64,000 nt of DNA from an uncultured cyanobacterium (GTDB lineage: Bacteria; Cyanobacteriota; Cyanobacteriia; Cyanobacteriales; Microcystaceae). Below, piece by piece: positions 10,107 through 24,476 of this stretch. Position 1 is the stretch's first letter. Each line of letters begins with the position of its first letter. The stretch is taken from assembly GCA_963807635.1 (NCBI GenBank), contig CAWEDJ010000098.1:1-64000 (forward strand). Direction: 5' to 3'. The translations under genes and the position numbers were made by a program. The notes beneath the pieces were generated by a model, which had not been told where the DNA came from, ran no database searches, and saw nothing but the letters and a program-made list of their open reading frames with translations.

Positions 10107-11111
10107 GTGAGTAAACGTAAACTTGTTTCCAAAAGTCCCCTGTTGTTTTGGCTTAATGACCAAGCGTGCTTTGCAGTAGCGACTATTGTGGTGGCGATCG
10201 CTTTGGGCTTGATAATTACGAAGAATGTTAAAAATTCTTTGACGATGGGACTCGTTGCAGTCTCCGCCGCCTACGGGGGAAATTGGGTCAGAAAAAAACG
10301 GCTTCATTACCAACAAAAACAACTTAAAACAGCGTTAGTTAAAGAAATTTGGGGATTGGAAGAACGGCTAGAGAATTTAGAAAATTATGAGAATCAACTT
10401 TATCAGGCGATCGCCTCAGCCCAAAGCTTTAATCAAAATATGGAAATAGAGAGCAATCGACTGAAAACGGAACGATTTTATTTGGTGGATCATATTTCTA
10501 ACTTACACCAGAGACGGGACGAATTTTATCAATTGTTTGCCCAACTTCAACCCCAAAAACAAAAATTAGAGACGGTCTTAGCTGAACTATCCAACAAAAT
10601 TGATCAAGCTAACTATCAAAAAGAATCCTTAGAAAAACGTCTCGTTGAAACGAATTATAATATGAAACTCATCGAAAATAGTTGCGGTTTCATTCGAGAA
10701 GAATTAGAACAATTACAAAGTGATATCCTCAAAAAAGCCCAGTACAAAGAAGAATTAAAGCAAGAAATTCAGGAATTGGAGAAAAAAAACTCCCTACGAG
10801 CAACTAATTTAGATGAACTAATGACGGCAGAAAATCATCTCCAATCAGAAGTGCAGAATTTTATACAATCCAAAATAGAATTAGAAAAAAAGTGCCAAAA
10901 CCTACAAAATAATCTAGAAATTTATAACCAAGAAAATAATCGTCTAGCTCAAATTCTGTTGGAAAAACGTCAGGAAATTTATTCTCTAGAAACCTGCTTA
11001 AGCTATTTAAAAAATGAATACGATTATTTACAAACGGATGTTTTAGAAGTACAAAATCAAGTCGTTATTTTAACCGAACACCAACAGCAAATGATCACAG
11101 GAAAAGATTAA
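10107..11111 (+). CDS. Hypothetical protein: N-terminal TM segments + long coiled coil
   Basis: 334-aa ORF, hydrophobic N-terminus, E/Q/L/K-rich heptads. Confidence 0.75.
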   Translation: MSKRKLVSKSPLLFWLNDQACFAVATIVVAIALGLIITKNVKNSLTMGLVAVSAAYGGNWVRKKRLHYQQKQLKTALVKEIWGLEERLENLENYENQLYQAIASAQSFNQNMEIESNRLKTERFYLVDHISNLHQRRDEFYQLFAQLQPQKQKLETVLAELSNKIDQANYQKESLEKRLVETNYNMKLIENSCGFIREELEQLQSDILKKAQYKEELKQEIQELEKKNSLRATNLDELMTAENHLQSEVQNFIQSKIELEKKCQNLQNNLEIYNQENNRLAQILLEKRQEIYSLETCLSYLKNEYDYLQTDVLEVQNQVVILTEHQQQMITGKD

Positions 11112-11223
11112 AAAATAAAGGGAAATATTGAAGATTTTAAGCATAATTATAAGGACTGGATGAAAACGGGGGATAATAGATTAAAGATTTTGTTGAGTAT
11201 TATTTTTAGGATAATTAAAGACC

Positions 11224-12051
11224 ATGACTCATGATGCGTTAATTCCAGTGGTCGTCAATGGGGCGGCGGGTAAAATGGGACGGGAAGTGATTAAAGCCGT
11301 TGCTAAAGCGGAAGATATGATGCTTGTGGGGGCCGTTGATGCCAATCCTAATCTTAGAGGACAGGATATTGGCGAAATTGTCGGTATTGGCCCGTTGGAA
11401 GTGCCAGTCTTGGATGATTTACAGAGTGTTTTGGTGTTGGCGACCCAGGAGAAAATTCAAGGGGTGATGGTGGATTTTACCCATCCTGATGGGGTTTATG
11501 AAAATGTTCGTTCCGCGATCGCCTATGGGGTGCGTCCAGTGGTGGGAACAACGGGATTAAGTGCGAAACAGATTGAAGAACTGACAGAATTTGCGGATAA
11601 AGCCAGTACAGGGGTTTTAATTGCGCCTAATTTCGCGATCGGGGTTTTATTGATGCAACAAGCGGCAATTCAGGCTTCTCAATATTTTGACCATGTAGAA
11701 ATTATTGAATTGCACCACAATCAAAAAGCCGATGCACCGAGTGGAACTGCCATTAAAACCGCAGAAATGTTAGCAGAATTAGGCAAAACCTATAATCCAA
11801 TGTTAGTTAATGAAAAAGAAATTATCACGGGAGCCAGGGGCGGATTAGGCCCCGAAAATATCAATATTCATAGTATTCGTTTACCGGGATTATTAGCCCA
11901 TCAAGAAATTATTTTTGGGTCTCCTGGTCAAATTTATACGTTACGTCATGACACGACTGACCGAGCTTGTTATATGCCAGGGGTTTTGCTCGGAATTCGT
12001 AAAGTGATTAACTTAAAAACCTTGGTGTATGGCTTGGAAAAATTGTTATGA
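11224..12051 (+). CDS. dapB: 4-hydroxy-tetrahydrodipicolinate reductase
   Basis: 'GAAGKMG', 'VVGTTG', '[17 protein letters not shown]'. Confidence 0.97.
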   Translation: MTHDALIPVVVNGAAGKMGREVIKAVAKAEDMMLVGAVDANPNLRGQDIGEIVGIGPLEVPVLDDLQSVLVLATQEKIQGVMVDFTHPDGVYENVRSAIAYGVRPVVGTTGLSAKQIEELTEFADKASTGVLIAPNFAIGVLLMQQAAIQASQYFDHVEIIELHHNQKADAPSGTAIKTAEMLAELGKTYNPMLVNEKEIITGARGGLGPENINIHSIRLPGLLAHQEIIFGSPGQIYTLRHDTTDRACYMPGVLLGIRKVINLKTLVYGLEKLL

Positions 12052-12204
12052 ACGTGAGTAAAAATTGATGGAAAATGATTTGTTGTAATGCGATCGCCCC
12101 ATCAAGTTAAGAATCTGGAGAAAAAATCAATTAAAAATCCCCCAAAATTCAAAGATCGAGGGGGATTAATAAGTTTATTTAGCAGAAAAGTCCTGAAAGT
12201 AAGC

Positions 12205-13998
12205 CTAGCGTTTGGCCACCTTTTGCTTGCTGACTTTGCGTAAACGAACCGACTTCGGCGTAACTTCCACCAACTCATCCGAGCCGATATATTCCAAAGC
12301 CCGTTCTAGGCTCATTTCAATGGGAGCTTGTAATTGCACCAATTCATCCCCTGTTGCGGAACGGTGATTTGTCAATTGTTTGGCTTTACAAACATTTAGA
12401 TCCAAATCCTGGGGACGATTATGTTCCCCAATGATCATGCCGCGATAAACTTTTGTACCAGGCGTGATGAAGAAAACACCTCGATCTTCTGCGTTTTTCA
12501 TGGCGTAGAAAGTTGCGGTTCCTTCTTCAAAAGCGGTAATAATCCCGTTGTAACGAGTTTCCACCGTTCCCGACAGTTTCCGATATTCGAGAAAACTGTG
12601 ATTCATAATGCCTTCACCCCGTGTCATACGGATGAATTCACCCCGAAAACCGATTAAACCCCGCGCGGGAATAATAAACTCTAGTTGAGTACGATTATTC
12701 GTGCCTTTTTGCATATCCTGCATTTCACCCCGACGTTGATTCAGTCGGTCAATACAAGATCCCACAGCCGCTTCAGGAACGTCTAAGACTAAATATTCAA
12801 AGGGTTCACAGGGTTGGCCATTAACTTCACGGAAAATTACCTGGGGTTGGGAGACCTGAAACTCGTAGCCTTCCCGACGCATGGTTTCAATCAAAATCCC
12901 TAGATGCAATTCCCCCCGTCCTGAAACGAGGAATTTTTCAGCAGAATCACTGTCTTCGACCCGTAGAGCCACATTGGTTTCTAATTCACGGTGCAGGCGA
13001 TCGCGGATTTGGCGAGAAGTCACAAATTGGCCTTCTTGACCTGCAAAGGGTGAATCATTGACGGAAAACGTCATTTGTAGGGTTGGTTCATCTACTTTGA
13101 TCAACGGTAAAGCTTGAGGATCATCCGCACTGGTCAGGGTTTCACCAATATTCGCATCTGCAAAACCTGCGACTGCGACAATATAACCGGCACTAGCCTC
13201 TTCCATTTCGACTCGTTGTAAACCAGAGAAGCCTAATAACTTAGTCACCCGACCTTTAACAATGTCTCCCGTATCTTTAACCAGGGCGACCTGTTGACCT
13301 GATTTAATGGTTCCATTGTGAATCCGACCGATAATAATCCGTCCCAAATAGTCGGAATAATCGAGGGTTGTCACCTGCAATTGCAATGGTTTAGTGGGAT
13401 CTCCAGCCGGGGGCGGAACGTGGTGTAAAATCGCTTGGAATAGGGGAGTCATATCAACTCCTTCATCTTCTAAAGAGTCTTTCGCGTAACCTGCTAAACC
13501 CGAAGCGAAGAGGGTCGTGAAATCGCACTGGTCATCATCCGCGCCTAATTCCACAAATAAATCAAAAACTTTATCAACGGCTGTGTTGGGGTCAGCACGG
13601 GGGCGATCAATTTTATTGACGACCAGGATCGGGCGTAATCCTTTTTCCAAGGCTTTTTTCAATACAAAGCGAGTTTGGGGCATGGGGCCTTCATTGGCAT
13701 CCACAATCAGGACGCAACCATCTACCATTCCCAATACCCGTTCAACTTCTCCACCAAAGTCGGCGTGGCCTGGGGTATCAACAATGTTAATGAGGGTGTC
13801 TTGATAACGAACGGCGGTATTTTTAGAAAGGATGGTAATTCCCCGCTCTCGTTCTAGGGCATTGGAGTCCATGACACAAATCGGAACGTCTTCCCCTTCG
13901 CGAAAAATGCCAGATTGTTTGAGGAGTGCATCAACTAAGGTCGTTTTACCGTGATCGACGTGGGCGATGATGGCAATATTGCGAATGGGAAGGGACAT
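12205..13998 (-). CDS. typA: Translational GTPase TypA/BipA
   Basis: '[13 protein letters not shown]', '[14 protein letters not shown]', 'GRGELHL'. Confidence 0.97.
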   Translation of the reverse strand: MSLPIRNIAIIAHVDHGKTTLVDALLKQSGIFREGEDVPICVMDSNALERERGITILSKNTAVRYQDTLINIVDTPGHADFGGEVERVLGMVDGCVLIVDANEGPMPQTRFVLKKALEKGLRPILVVNKIDRPRADPNTAVDKVFDLFVELGADDDQCDFTTLFASGLAGYAKDSLEDEGVDMTPLFQAILHHVPPPAGDPTKPLQLQVTTLDYSDYLGRIIIGRIHNGTIKSGQQVALVKDTGDIVKGRVTKLLGFSGLQRVEMEEASAGYIVAVAGFADANIGETLTSADDPQALPLIKVDEPTLQMTFSVNDSPFAGQEGQFVTSRQIRDRLHRELETNVALRVEDSDSAEKFLVSGRGELHLGILIETMRREGYEFQVSQPQVIFREVNGQPCEPFEYLVLDVPEAAVGSCIDRLNQRRGEMQDMQKGTNNRTQLEFIIPARGLIGFRGEFIRMTRGEGIMNHSFLEYRKLSGTVETRYNGIITAFEEGTATFYAMKNAEDRGVFFITPGTKVYRGMIIGEHNRPQDLDLNVCKAKQLTNHRSATGDELVQLQAPIEMSLERALEYIGSDELVEVTPKSVRLRKVSKQKVAKR

Positions 13999-14124
13999 AT
14001 AGACTCTGGAGGTACGTTTAGGAGTTGTTAGTAATATTTTGTAACGATTCTAACATATTAGGATGACAAATTGACAGTATGGAGGTTAGAGGTTCTTAAC
14101 TAATGCGTTTGACTCAATGGAAGA

Positions 14125-14811
14125 TTAGCCGATCGCGTCTAAAATTAGCTCTAGAGCTTCCCCCAAATTATTAACAATAAAATTGGGTTGATAGTGTTCT
14201 AGGCGATCGTGATCGCGGATTCCCGATAGCACACCGACAAAGGGAATGTCATAACTTTTGGCCGCCGCAATATCTGCTTCCGTATCCCCCACCATCCAGA
14301 CGTTTTCACAGGGGGCTAATTGCTTGATCGCCCTTGCCATTAAGCGAGGCTTGTCTTCCACGTCCGTTGTCTTGACATAATCATTACTCAAGCAATAACG
14401 CTGTTGGGGCGGAAAAAATCGCCCTAAATCATAATTCTCTAGGGCCGCATCTAGTTCTCGAACCCGCCGCATGGTCATTACCACTAAATCAATGTCTAGT
14501 TGTTGAATTTTTTCTAAGGTCGCGATCGCGCCAGCTACGGGTTGGTCATAAACTAGATAAGGAAGCGTATGAACCGTTTGACGGCGTAATTGGGTAAATT
14601 TTTGTGCTTGTTCTGCCTCTAGGCCCGACATCAATCCAATTTGTCGTTCGGGAACCTGAGCGCGTTTGAGTTCCCAGAATTCGGACTTGGAAAGTTGCTT
14701 GACCCCTTGTCCCTGCTCCTGAGCTTGTTTTAGGCAGTATTGATAGACCTGATAATATCGTTCGGAAACATCCATGATCGGGCCATCGAAATCGGTAATC
14801 AGTCTCAGCAT
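14125..14811 (-). CDS. HAD-family hydrolase
   Basis: 'ITDFDG' motif I, 'MVGDTEAD' motif IV. Confidence 0.9.
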   Translation of the reverse strand: MLRLITDFDGPIMDVSERYYQVYQYCLKQAQEQGQGVKQLSKSEFWELKRAQVPERQIGLMSGLEAEQAQKFTQLRRQTVHTLPYLVYDQPVAGAIATLEKIQQLDIDLVVMTMRRVRELDAALENYDLGRFFPPQQRYCLSNDYVKTTDVEDKPRLMARAIKQLAPCENVWMVGDTEADIAAAKSYDIPFVGVLSGIRDHDRLEHYQPNFIVNNLGEALELILDAIG

Positions 14812-15117
14812 TCGGCTTAAGCGTGGAAAGGATCAAGTTTGCCTATTTAAGGTAACTCAATGCGTAAGGAAAAACAATTTTCTTAAATCTCTCTTTTATT
14901 CCTCTATTTTCTAAAATTTTCCCTTTGATTGATTTGACTTAACCGAATAAAATAAATTTTTTTTCGCGATCGCGTAGAGACAGTTGGTGATCGTCGGTTT
15001 AAAATAGGGCGGGTTGAGATCCAAGCATGGAGGATTTACGGATTTACGGTAAGATCTTAAATTGGTTCTATAAAATACGTGCCGACCGCCCAATGGTGCA
15101 TCAGGATATTCAGTGCA

Positions 15118-15966
15118 GTGGACTTAAATCAGATTTTCCAAACTAAAAACCCGATAATCGGCGTAGTTCATCTGTTGCCCTTACCCACTTCAGCCCGTTG
15201 GGGAGGTAGTCTTAAGGCCGTTATTGAACGAGCAGAACAGGAAGCCACAGCCCTTGCCGCAGGGGGAATTGATGGCATTATTGTTGAAAATTTTTTTGAT
15301 GCGCCCTTTACCAAGGATCAGGTTAATCCTGCCGTCATTAGTGCCATGACCTTGATTGTCGATCGCCTTATGAATCTTGTGGTCGTTCCCGTTGGTCTCA
15401 ATCTTTTACGGAATGACGCAAAGGGAGCTTTGGCGATCGCCTCCTGTGTTAATGCTCAATTTATCCGAGTCAATGTCCTCAATGGCATCATGGCAACGGA
15501 TCAGGGATTAATTGAGGGAAATGCCCATGAAATATTACGATTTCGTCGAGAATTAGGCTCCGATATTGCGATTTTTGCAGATGTTTTGGTCAAACACTCC
15601 CGACCCTTGGGAACGCCCAATTTAACAACGGCCGTTCAAGACACCATTGAACGCAGTCTGGCTGATGCCGTGATTCTTTCGGGTTGGGCAACGGGCAGTC
15701 CTCCTACCCTAGAAGATTTGGAACTCGCCACCGCCGCCGCCAAAGGAACCCCCGTATTAATTGGCAGTGGCGCAAATTGGGATAATATTGGCCAGCTAAT
15801 GCAGGCCGCCGATGGGGCGATCGTTGCTAGTTCCCTAAAACGTCAAGGAATGATTCATGAAACGATTGATCCCATTCGGGTGGCTCAGTTTATCGAAGCG
15901 GCGAGAGAAGTGAGTGCCGCTAAATTAATTGAAAAAACGGCCGATCCTGTCCCGAATTCTGTTTAA
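15118..15966 (+). CDS. btpA: Photosystem I biogenesis protein BtpA
   Basis: 'IIGVVHLLPLPTS', 'ENFFDAPF', 'ADVLVKH'. Likely GTG start (MDLNQ). Confidence 0.92.
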   Translation: MDLNQIFQTKNPIIGVVHLLPLPTSARWGGSLKAVIERAEQEATALAAGGIDGIIVENFFDAPFTKDQVNPAVISAMTLIVDRLMNLVVVPVGLNLLRNDAKGALAIASCVNAQFIRVNVLNGIMATDQGLIEGNAHEILRFRRELGSDIAIFADVLVKHSRPLGTPNLTTAVQDTIERSLADAVILSGWATGSPPTLEDLELATAAAKGTPVLIGSGANWDNIGQLMQAADGAIVASSLKRQGMIHETIDPIRVAQFIEAAREVSAAKLIEKTADPVPNSV

Positions 15967-16065
15967 ATTGATCCTGAAATCTAGACTCGGTTGAAGCAGA
16001 GTAAAATAAGGAAATCTCTATTCTGAAAGCTTTACTGGGTCGAGATTTTCTGTTACCTACTCCCT

Positions 16066-18981
16066 ATGTCTAATTCTGCCCCGCTACTGATTCTGATCGA
16101 TGGTCATTCCCTCGCTTTCCGTGCTTACTATGCCTTCGCGCTGTCTCGAAAAGGGCCACTCCGTACCGTCAGTGGGATTCCGACCAGTGTGTGTTTTGGT
16201 TTTTTAAATTCCCTGGTTCAGGTGATTGAGTCTCAGAAACCCCAGGCGATCGCGATCGCATTTGATAGAAGAGAACCCACCTTTCGCCATCAAGCCGACG
16301 TTAACTATAAAGCAGACCGAGAGGAAACCCCCGAAGATTTTATTGTTGACCTCAGAAATTTACGGGAATTATTAGCGGCCTTAAATTTAGAAACGATTAC
16401 CTACGCGGGTTACGAAGCCGATGATATTTTAGGAACCCTCGCCCATCAAGCCAGCCAAGCCAATTATCAAGTTAAAATTGTAAGTGGCGATCGCGACCTA
16501 TTTCAATTAGTTGATCCTGATAAAAATATTAGTGTTTTATATTTAGAAAGAAATCCGTTTCAAGCAAAAGGCAGTGAAGGTTATAGCGAATTTGATCAAG
16601 AAGCTGTTAAGACTAAAATGGGAGTTACCCCCGCCCAAATTGTCGATTATAAAGCTCTCTGTGGAGATAAATCGGATAAATTCCTGGTGTACGGGGGATC
16701 GGCGAAAAAACGGCTGTAAAATTGTTGAATGAATACGGAACGCTAGAAGCTATTTATGAAAATTTAGACAAAATTAAAGGAGCCATTAAAACTAAATTAG
16801 AAACAGGTAAAGCCGATGCGGAACATTCCCGTCATTTAGCAGAAATTGTCACTAATGTACCCTTAGAAAATTCCCTAGAAACTTTCCAATTAATAGGTTT
16901 TGATACTGCCGCGCTGAAATCGGTTTTAGAAAAATTAGAATTAAGAACTTTTTTAGAAAAATTAAATCAATTACAAGTGCAGTTTGGTGGAAAAATTGTT
17001 ACACCAACTTCATCGGTTATTACGCCAATTGAAACGAGTGATTCCCAACAACTTTCTCTTTTTAATACGACTGAAACTACTACAAAAATCGTCCCCAATC
17101 CTTCCTACACCCAAGCCCAGACGATCATTCAGCCAGAAATTATTGATACTCCCGAAAAGCTCAATCATCTAGTCCAAAAATTACAAAACTATACCAATCC
17201 TGAATTTCCCGTTGCCTGGGATACGGAAACCACTGGTTTAGACCCTATTAACGTCGATTTAGTGGGAATTGGTTGTGCTTGGGGAGAAAGCATTACCGAT
17301 ATAGCCTATCTTCCTATCGGACATAGCGAAGGTCAGCAATTGAGTAAATCAGAAGTTTTACAAGCCTTAAAACCCATTCTAGAAAGCGATCGCTATCCCA
17401 AGGTTTTTCAGAATGCAAAATTTGACCGACTGATTTTTAAACATCAAGGAATTAATATTCAGGGCGTTGTGTTGGATACCATGTTAGCCAGCTATGTGTT
17501 GCACCCTGAACAGAACCATAATTTAACCGATTTATGTCGCCGCTATTTACCCAATATTGTGGCATTGAGTTATAAAGATTTGGGCATTCCAAAGGGTAAA
17601 AATATTTCCCATGTGAGCATTGAAATCGTTGCGAATTATTGTGGTTTAGATGCCTACAGTACCCTTTTGTTGGTTCCTAAATTACGAGCAGAATTATCGG
17701 GCTTGTCTGAACTTGAAAAACTCTTATTAACCATTGAACAACCCCTAGAGCCAATTTTAGCCTCGATGGAAGATCGGGGAATTCGCATTGATGTTAATTA
17801 TTTGCAAGAACTTTCTCAACAATTAGAACAAGATTTGCATATAATTGAAACAGAAGCCTACCAATTAGCAGGAGAACAGTTTAATCTAGCCTCTCCTAAA
17901 CAATTAGGAGAAATTTTGTTTGAGAAATTAGGCTTAAATCTGAAAAAATCCCGTAAAACTAAAACGGGTTATTCTACCGATCATGCGACCTTGGAAAAGT
18001 TACAGGGAGATCATCCCCTCATTGATGAAATTCTGAATCATCGCACTCTGTCTAAACTGAAATCGACCTATGTTGATGCTTTGCCCCTGTTAGTTAACCC
18101 CAAAACTCAACGGCTACATACGGATTTTAATCAAACGGTTACGACAACGGGTCGCCTTTCTTCTTCTAATCCTAATTTACAAAATATTCCGATTCGGACT
18201 GAATTTTCTCGCAAAATCCGTCAGGCATTTATTCCTCAAGAAAATTGGATTTTAGTATCTGCTGATTATTCCCAAATCGAATTACGCATTCTTGCCCATT
18301 TAAGTCAGGAACCTGTTTTATTAGAAGCCTACCGCAATCATCAAGATGTCCATCAAGTAACGGCTCAATTATTGTTTGATAAAGAAGTCATTACGCCAGC
18401 CGAACGAAATCTGGGTAAGACGATTAATTTTGGCGTGATTTATGGCATGGGAGCGCAACGTTTTGCCAGGGAAGCAGGAGTCAGTTCAGAGGAAGGACGC
18501 AAGTTTATCGATCGCTATCGACAAAAATATTCCCAGGTTTTTAACTATTTAGAAACGATGAAAAAATGCGCGATCGCTGATGGTTTTGTGACGACCATTG
18601 AGGGCAGGCGGCAGTTATTTTGAATTCGGCAGTCAGAGTTTACGCAAATTACGGGGCGTTGATCCCCAATCTTTGGATTTGGAGGCGATCGATTTTAACT
18701 ATACGGATGGTCAACTTTTAAGGTCTGCGGCGAATGCTCCGATTCAAGGGTCTAGTGCGGATCTGATTAAAATTGCTATGATCAAGCTGAATAAAATTCT
18801 CGCCAATTATCAAGCCAAATTGTTATTACAAGTCCATGATGAATTGATTTTTGAAATGCCCCCAGAAGAATGGGAGATTTTAGAAAGCCAAATCAAAACG
18901 ACGATGGAAGAAGCGGTTTCTCTGAGTATTCCCTTGGTTGTTGAAATTCATGCAGGAAAAAACTGGATGGAAGCGAAATAA
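16066..18981 (+). CDS. polA: DNA polymerase I (apparent frameshifts at ~16680 and ~18612)
   Basis: 5'-3' exonuclease 'LIDGHSLAFRAY', 'DTET', 'TGRLSSSNPNLQNIP', 'ADYSQIELR', 'LQVHDEL' across three consecutive ORFs. Confidence 0.95.
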
Positions 18982-19090
18982 TAATTTAGGCTCGGCAATC
19001 ATACTCTTCTAAATTCAGAAAAAATTCGATTCGGAGAAAATTTCTGTAGAAAATACTATTATGCCCTGATTCCATGAATTTTAGGACTTA

Positions 19091-20040
19091 TAGTCATTTT
19101 AAATAAGAATGAGACACTATGCGGTACAGTATTGACGGATAATTTCGTCGAGAGATGTGCCAGGGTCAGCATACATCCTCGCTCGTTTTAGCGCACCAAA
19201 ATCATGTTCAATATCGTTTAAATCAGGAGAATATTTGGGAAGAAATATGATGTTATGCCCTGCTTCTTCTACTAACTGTCTGATCACCGTCTTTCGATGA
19301 ATCGGGGCATTATCCATAATTAGTATTGATGGTATAGCTAGTGAAGGTAGCAGAAATAGACTTAACCAACCTTCAAAACCCGACGCATCTAAACTTCCTT
19401 CAAATATCATTGGTGCAATAAAATCTTTTTTCCCTTTTCTTCTTCCCGCTACTAAATTTTCTCTCTTTCCTCTCTTTCCTTGCTTTTCTCCATAGATTTT
19501 CTTGCCTTTTTTTGACCAAGCGTACAAAATAGCTTGAAATTCTTCAAATCCTGATTCATCTATAAATACTAGACTTCCACTTCCGTATATCTTAATCAGT
19601 TCTCTCAGCATTCTATAATACTTGATACGCTCTTCTCTATTTCTTTCTTGGTAACGTAATTCTTTTTTTTTTCTGGTGATTTCCATCTTTTTTAATGCAT
19701 AGGATATTGCACTTAAATGCACTCCGAACTTTTTTGCTCTCGTTACTAATCTGTCATTGGGATTTTCTTTTACATCTTTTTCTAACGCTTTCCAATCTAA
19801 TTTTCGATTACGATGTTCTACTATTGTTGGTGCTAGATTTTCTCTTCCCAACCACCGATATATTGTTGCCCTGCCTACCTGATAGATTTTTGCTGCATGG
19901 GTTGCACTTCCTCCTTTTTCCACAAAATCTATCACTCTTTTTCTTAAGTCTAGACTGTAAGGCATATTTTTCAATCCTTTTATGTTTTTTAACCAGTATA
20001 CATCATTTTTTTATTGTCTCATCCTTATCTAAAATGACTA
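19091..20040 (-). mobile_element. IS630-family element (ISY100-like)
   Basis: 26-bp TIRs: tagtcattttaaataagaatgagaca versus reverse complement tagtcattttagataaggatgagaca (24/26). TA on both flanks (19089-90, 20041-42). Confidence 0.93.
19117..19974 (-). CDS. IS630-family transposase, intact
   Basis: 'YSLDLRKRV', 'FIDESG', 'MDNAPIH', 'LPKYSPDLNDIE'. Confidence 0.95.
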   Translation of the reverse strand: MKNMPYSLDLRKRVIDFVEKGGSATHAAKIYQVGRATIYRWLGRENLAPTIVEHRNRKLDWKALEKDVKENPNDRLVTRAKKFGVHLSAISYALKKMEITRKKKELRYQERNREERIKYYRMLRELIKIYGSGSLVFIDESGFEEFQAILYAWSKKGKKIYGEKQGKRGKRENLVAGRRKGKKDFIAPMIFEGSLDASGFEGWLSLFLLPSLAIPSILIMDNAPIHRKTVIRQLVEEAGHNIIFLPKYSPDLNDIEHDFGALKRARMYADPGTSLDEIIRQYCTA

Positions 20041-20085
20041 TAAATGCTCAACAGCTTAAACTAGCTCTACAAAAAAGCTACTTTT

Positions 20086-20153
20086 GGGCGCAAGGCTTGC
20101 GCCCCTACAATCTCCCAAAAAATCTTCTGTAGGGGCGAATTGGGTTCGTCCTT
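20086..20153. repeat. Inverted pair of GTAG-type REP-like hairpins
   Basis: gggcgcaaggcttgcgcccctaca ... tgtaggggcgaattgggttcgtcctt. Confidence 0.7.
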
Positions 20154-20219
20154 GAACTTTATATGATAAATCTATCACCCCTATTTCCACAAAGCCGTTA
20201 GAAAATATTAGAAATGGAT

Positions 20220-21149
20220 TTACAAAGCTTGCGATCGCAACCAGGCAATGGGTAAATAGAGCATCTTCTTAGGCGTTGGCACAAAAGCCCGTTGATCAAA
20301 AACATTATAATTATTCGCCTCAATCACATCCAAAATTCCTTGATATAACATCAACGCCGTCCACACAGGCCAACGGGAATCTCGATTTAACGCCCGAATT
20401 CCCCTTTCCGCAGACTCATAATACTTCCTAGCCCTTTGAATTTGGAACTTCATTAAACCCTGCCAACGCTCATCATTGACACCCTTCAACAAATCCTCTT
20501 CCGTGTAATTAAACAACGCCAAATCTTCCAACGGCAAATAAATTCGTCCCCGTTGCACATCCTCCCCCCACATCTCGCAAAATATTCGTTAATTGGTTAG
20601 CAATGCCCAACGCGATCGCCTCTTCCTGGGGAATATACACCGCATCCGACTGCCAGGGTGCTGGACTACAACTCGTATCGACACCGAGAACAGAACTCGA
20701 CATCAAACCCACCGTTCCCGCCACCCGATAACAATAGAGGTCTAAATCCTCAAAGGTTTCATAACGACTACGGTAAAGATCCATGCGTTGACCCGCAATC
20801 ATATCCCGAAACGGCTGAATATCCATCGGGAAACGTTGCAAAGTATCCACCAACGCCACATCCATATCATCCGTTGCCTGACCCGCAAATAGAGCCTCCA
20901 GATGCCGCTCACACTCATCCAAGGTCTCAGGAGTCGTAAAGCCGCCTGGGGGTCATCGACCAACTCATCCGTCCGCCGACACCAGACATAAATAGCCCAG
21001 ATTGCCTTGCGTTTGGCGGGGGGCATCAAAAGGGTTCCTAAATAAAACGTCTTGGCGTATTGGGACGTAACTTGACGACAGAGTTCGTAGGCCTCATCAA
21101 TAAAGGCCAAAGCTTGGGTGGAAGGGGATGATTTAGGCAATTGCAGCAT
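20220..21149 (-). CDS. crtB: Phytoene synthase (frameshifted in this sequence)
   Basis: 'YAKTFYLGT', '[10 protein letters not shown]', '[10 protein letters not shown]', '[11 protein letters not shown](ED)..RGRIYLP' across three frames. Confidence 0.93.
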
Positions 21150-21307
21150 TAAAGGCGGACGATATTCAGGGGTCAATGACCAGTTATCGAAGCCGATGAC
21201 TGAGTTTTTAGGAGTGGTTTGACCGTTAGCCATTTAGCATTGTCTCATTCAAGATGTCTTTTTGTCAGTGAAAAAGTTAGAGGTTACTAAGTTTGTTCCT
21301 ATTCTCC

Positions 21308-22883
<1,576 letters not shown>

Positions 22884-23154
22884 TCAACAGTTTTGACAAA
22901 AAAGTAAAGAAGCAATGAGCATTAACTCTGCTGAAACTCAGTAGGCGATCGCCTTTTTTCTTCTCCTGAATGCTAACTCAGGAACATTTTGTCCTGCTTG
23001 ACGATGAATTTTTGGCATAAAAACTGAACCCAAAATTAAGAAAAAAAAAACTCTCCTTAACCAGTAAAGAGAGAATCAATTTTTAGATAAATTTGCAGCA
23101 AATTTCATTGTAATGACATACAAAAAACTGTAGGGATATAATATAGGGAAATTG

Positions 23155-23208
23155 ATGCAAGTGAGGTATAGCCAAAGCTTGGTTAACAAGGGGCTTAAGC
23201 CCCTTGCC
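23155..23208. repeat. Dispersed palindromic repeat (copy 2)
   Basis: See 7021-7074. Confidence 0.85.
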
Positions 23209-23249
23209 CATATTTCACAAGACTATATTATGTCTTCGTACCCAGAGAA

Positions 23250-24327
23250 TTAAACCGCGATCGCTTGTTTAGCAGTGGAGCTTAATTCACCTTTGGCATA
23301 TTTAGCCGCATAATCATCTAAGGTCAATTGTTTGATTTTGCTCGCGTTGCCTGCTGTCCAGAACTGTTGATAGCGCTCAGCACAAACCTGTTTCATATAT
23401 TTGATAGAAGGTTTGGTGAAGTGGCGGGGATCAAAATTGGCGGGATCTTTAGCCGCCGCTTCCGGAAGGCTGCCGTGATCGCAAGACGGTTGTCGGTGTC
23501 AATATTGACTTTACGCACCCCATTTTTGATACCTTTTTGAATTTCTTCAACGGGAACACCATAGGTTTCAGGAATCGCACCACCGTATTGGTTGATCATG
23601 TCAATCCATTCTTGGGGAACAGAGGAAGAACCGTGCATGACCAAGTGGGTGTTGGGCAGCAGACGGTGAATTTCTTCGATGCGGCTGATGGCGAACACTT
23701 CACCCGTGGGTTTCCGGCTAAATTTGTAAGCACCGTGACTGGTTCCAATCGCAACAGCGAGGGCATCAACCTGAGTTTGGTCGACAAATTCAACCGCTTC
23801 TTCGGGATCGGTGAACAGTTGGTAATGGTCCAGCTCACCTTCAAAACCATGGCCATCTTCTGCTTCGCCTTTGACCCGTTTCGAGGGAACCTAAACAACC
23901 GAGTTCACCTTCGACACTTGCACCAACCGCGTGGGCAACTTTCACGACTTCTGCCGTAACGTTGACATTGTATTCAAAGCTGGCAGGGGTTTTGGCATCG
24001 GCTTCGAGGGAGCCATCCATCATGACACTGGTAAAGCCATTACGGATTGCAGAGTAACAGGTGGCAGGGCTATTTCCGTGATCCTGGTGCATGGCAATGG
24101 GGAGATGGGGATAGGTTTCCGCCGCACCAAGGATGAGATGACGGAGGAAGTTTTCACCAGCATAGCTCCGCGCCCCCGGGAAGCTTGAAGATAACGGGGC
24201 TGTCGGTTTCATGAGCCGCCTGCATGATCGCAAGGATTTGCTCCAGGTTATTGACGTTAAATGCGGGAATCCCATAATTATGTTCTGCCGCGTGGTCTAA
24301 CAACAGCCGCATGGGTACAAGAGCCAT
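23250..24327 (-). CDS. fbaA: Class II fructose-bisphosphate aldolase (several frameshifts in this sequence)
   Basis: Start [15 protein letters not shown], 'HQDHG', 'SVMMDGS', '[11 protein letters not shown]', 'RKVNIDTD'. Confidence 0.93.
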
Positions 24328-24476
24328 AAAAGTCCTCCTAAGTTATTCCTTAAATAAATTTTCAGTGGATAATTAACAAACTTAATGTTGCATTATGTGT
24401 TTAATCTTAAGATAGTTTTAACATTTTTTGACATTTTTTCGTCTGGGAATCTAATAAGATTTTTTCCCTTCTTGAT

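Noticed and set aside
16066..18981. polA split as intein, intron or programmed frameshift
   Set aside because: No inserted sequence; single-base indels restore a normal-length Pol I.
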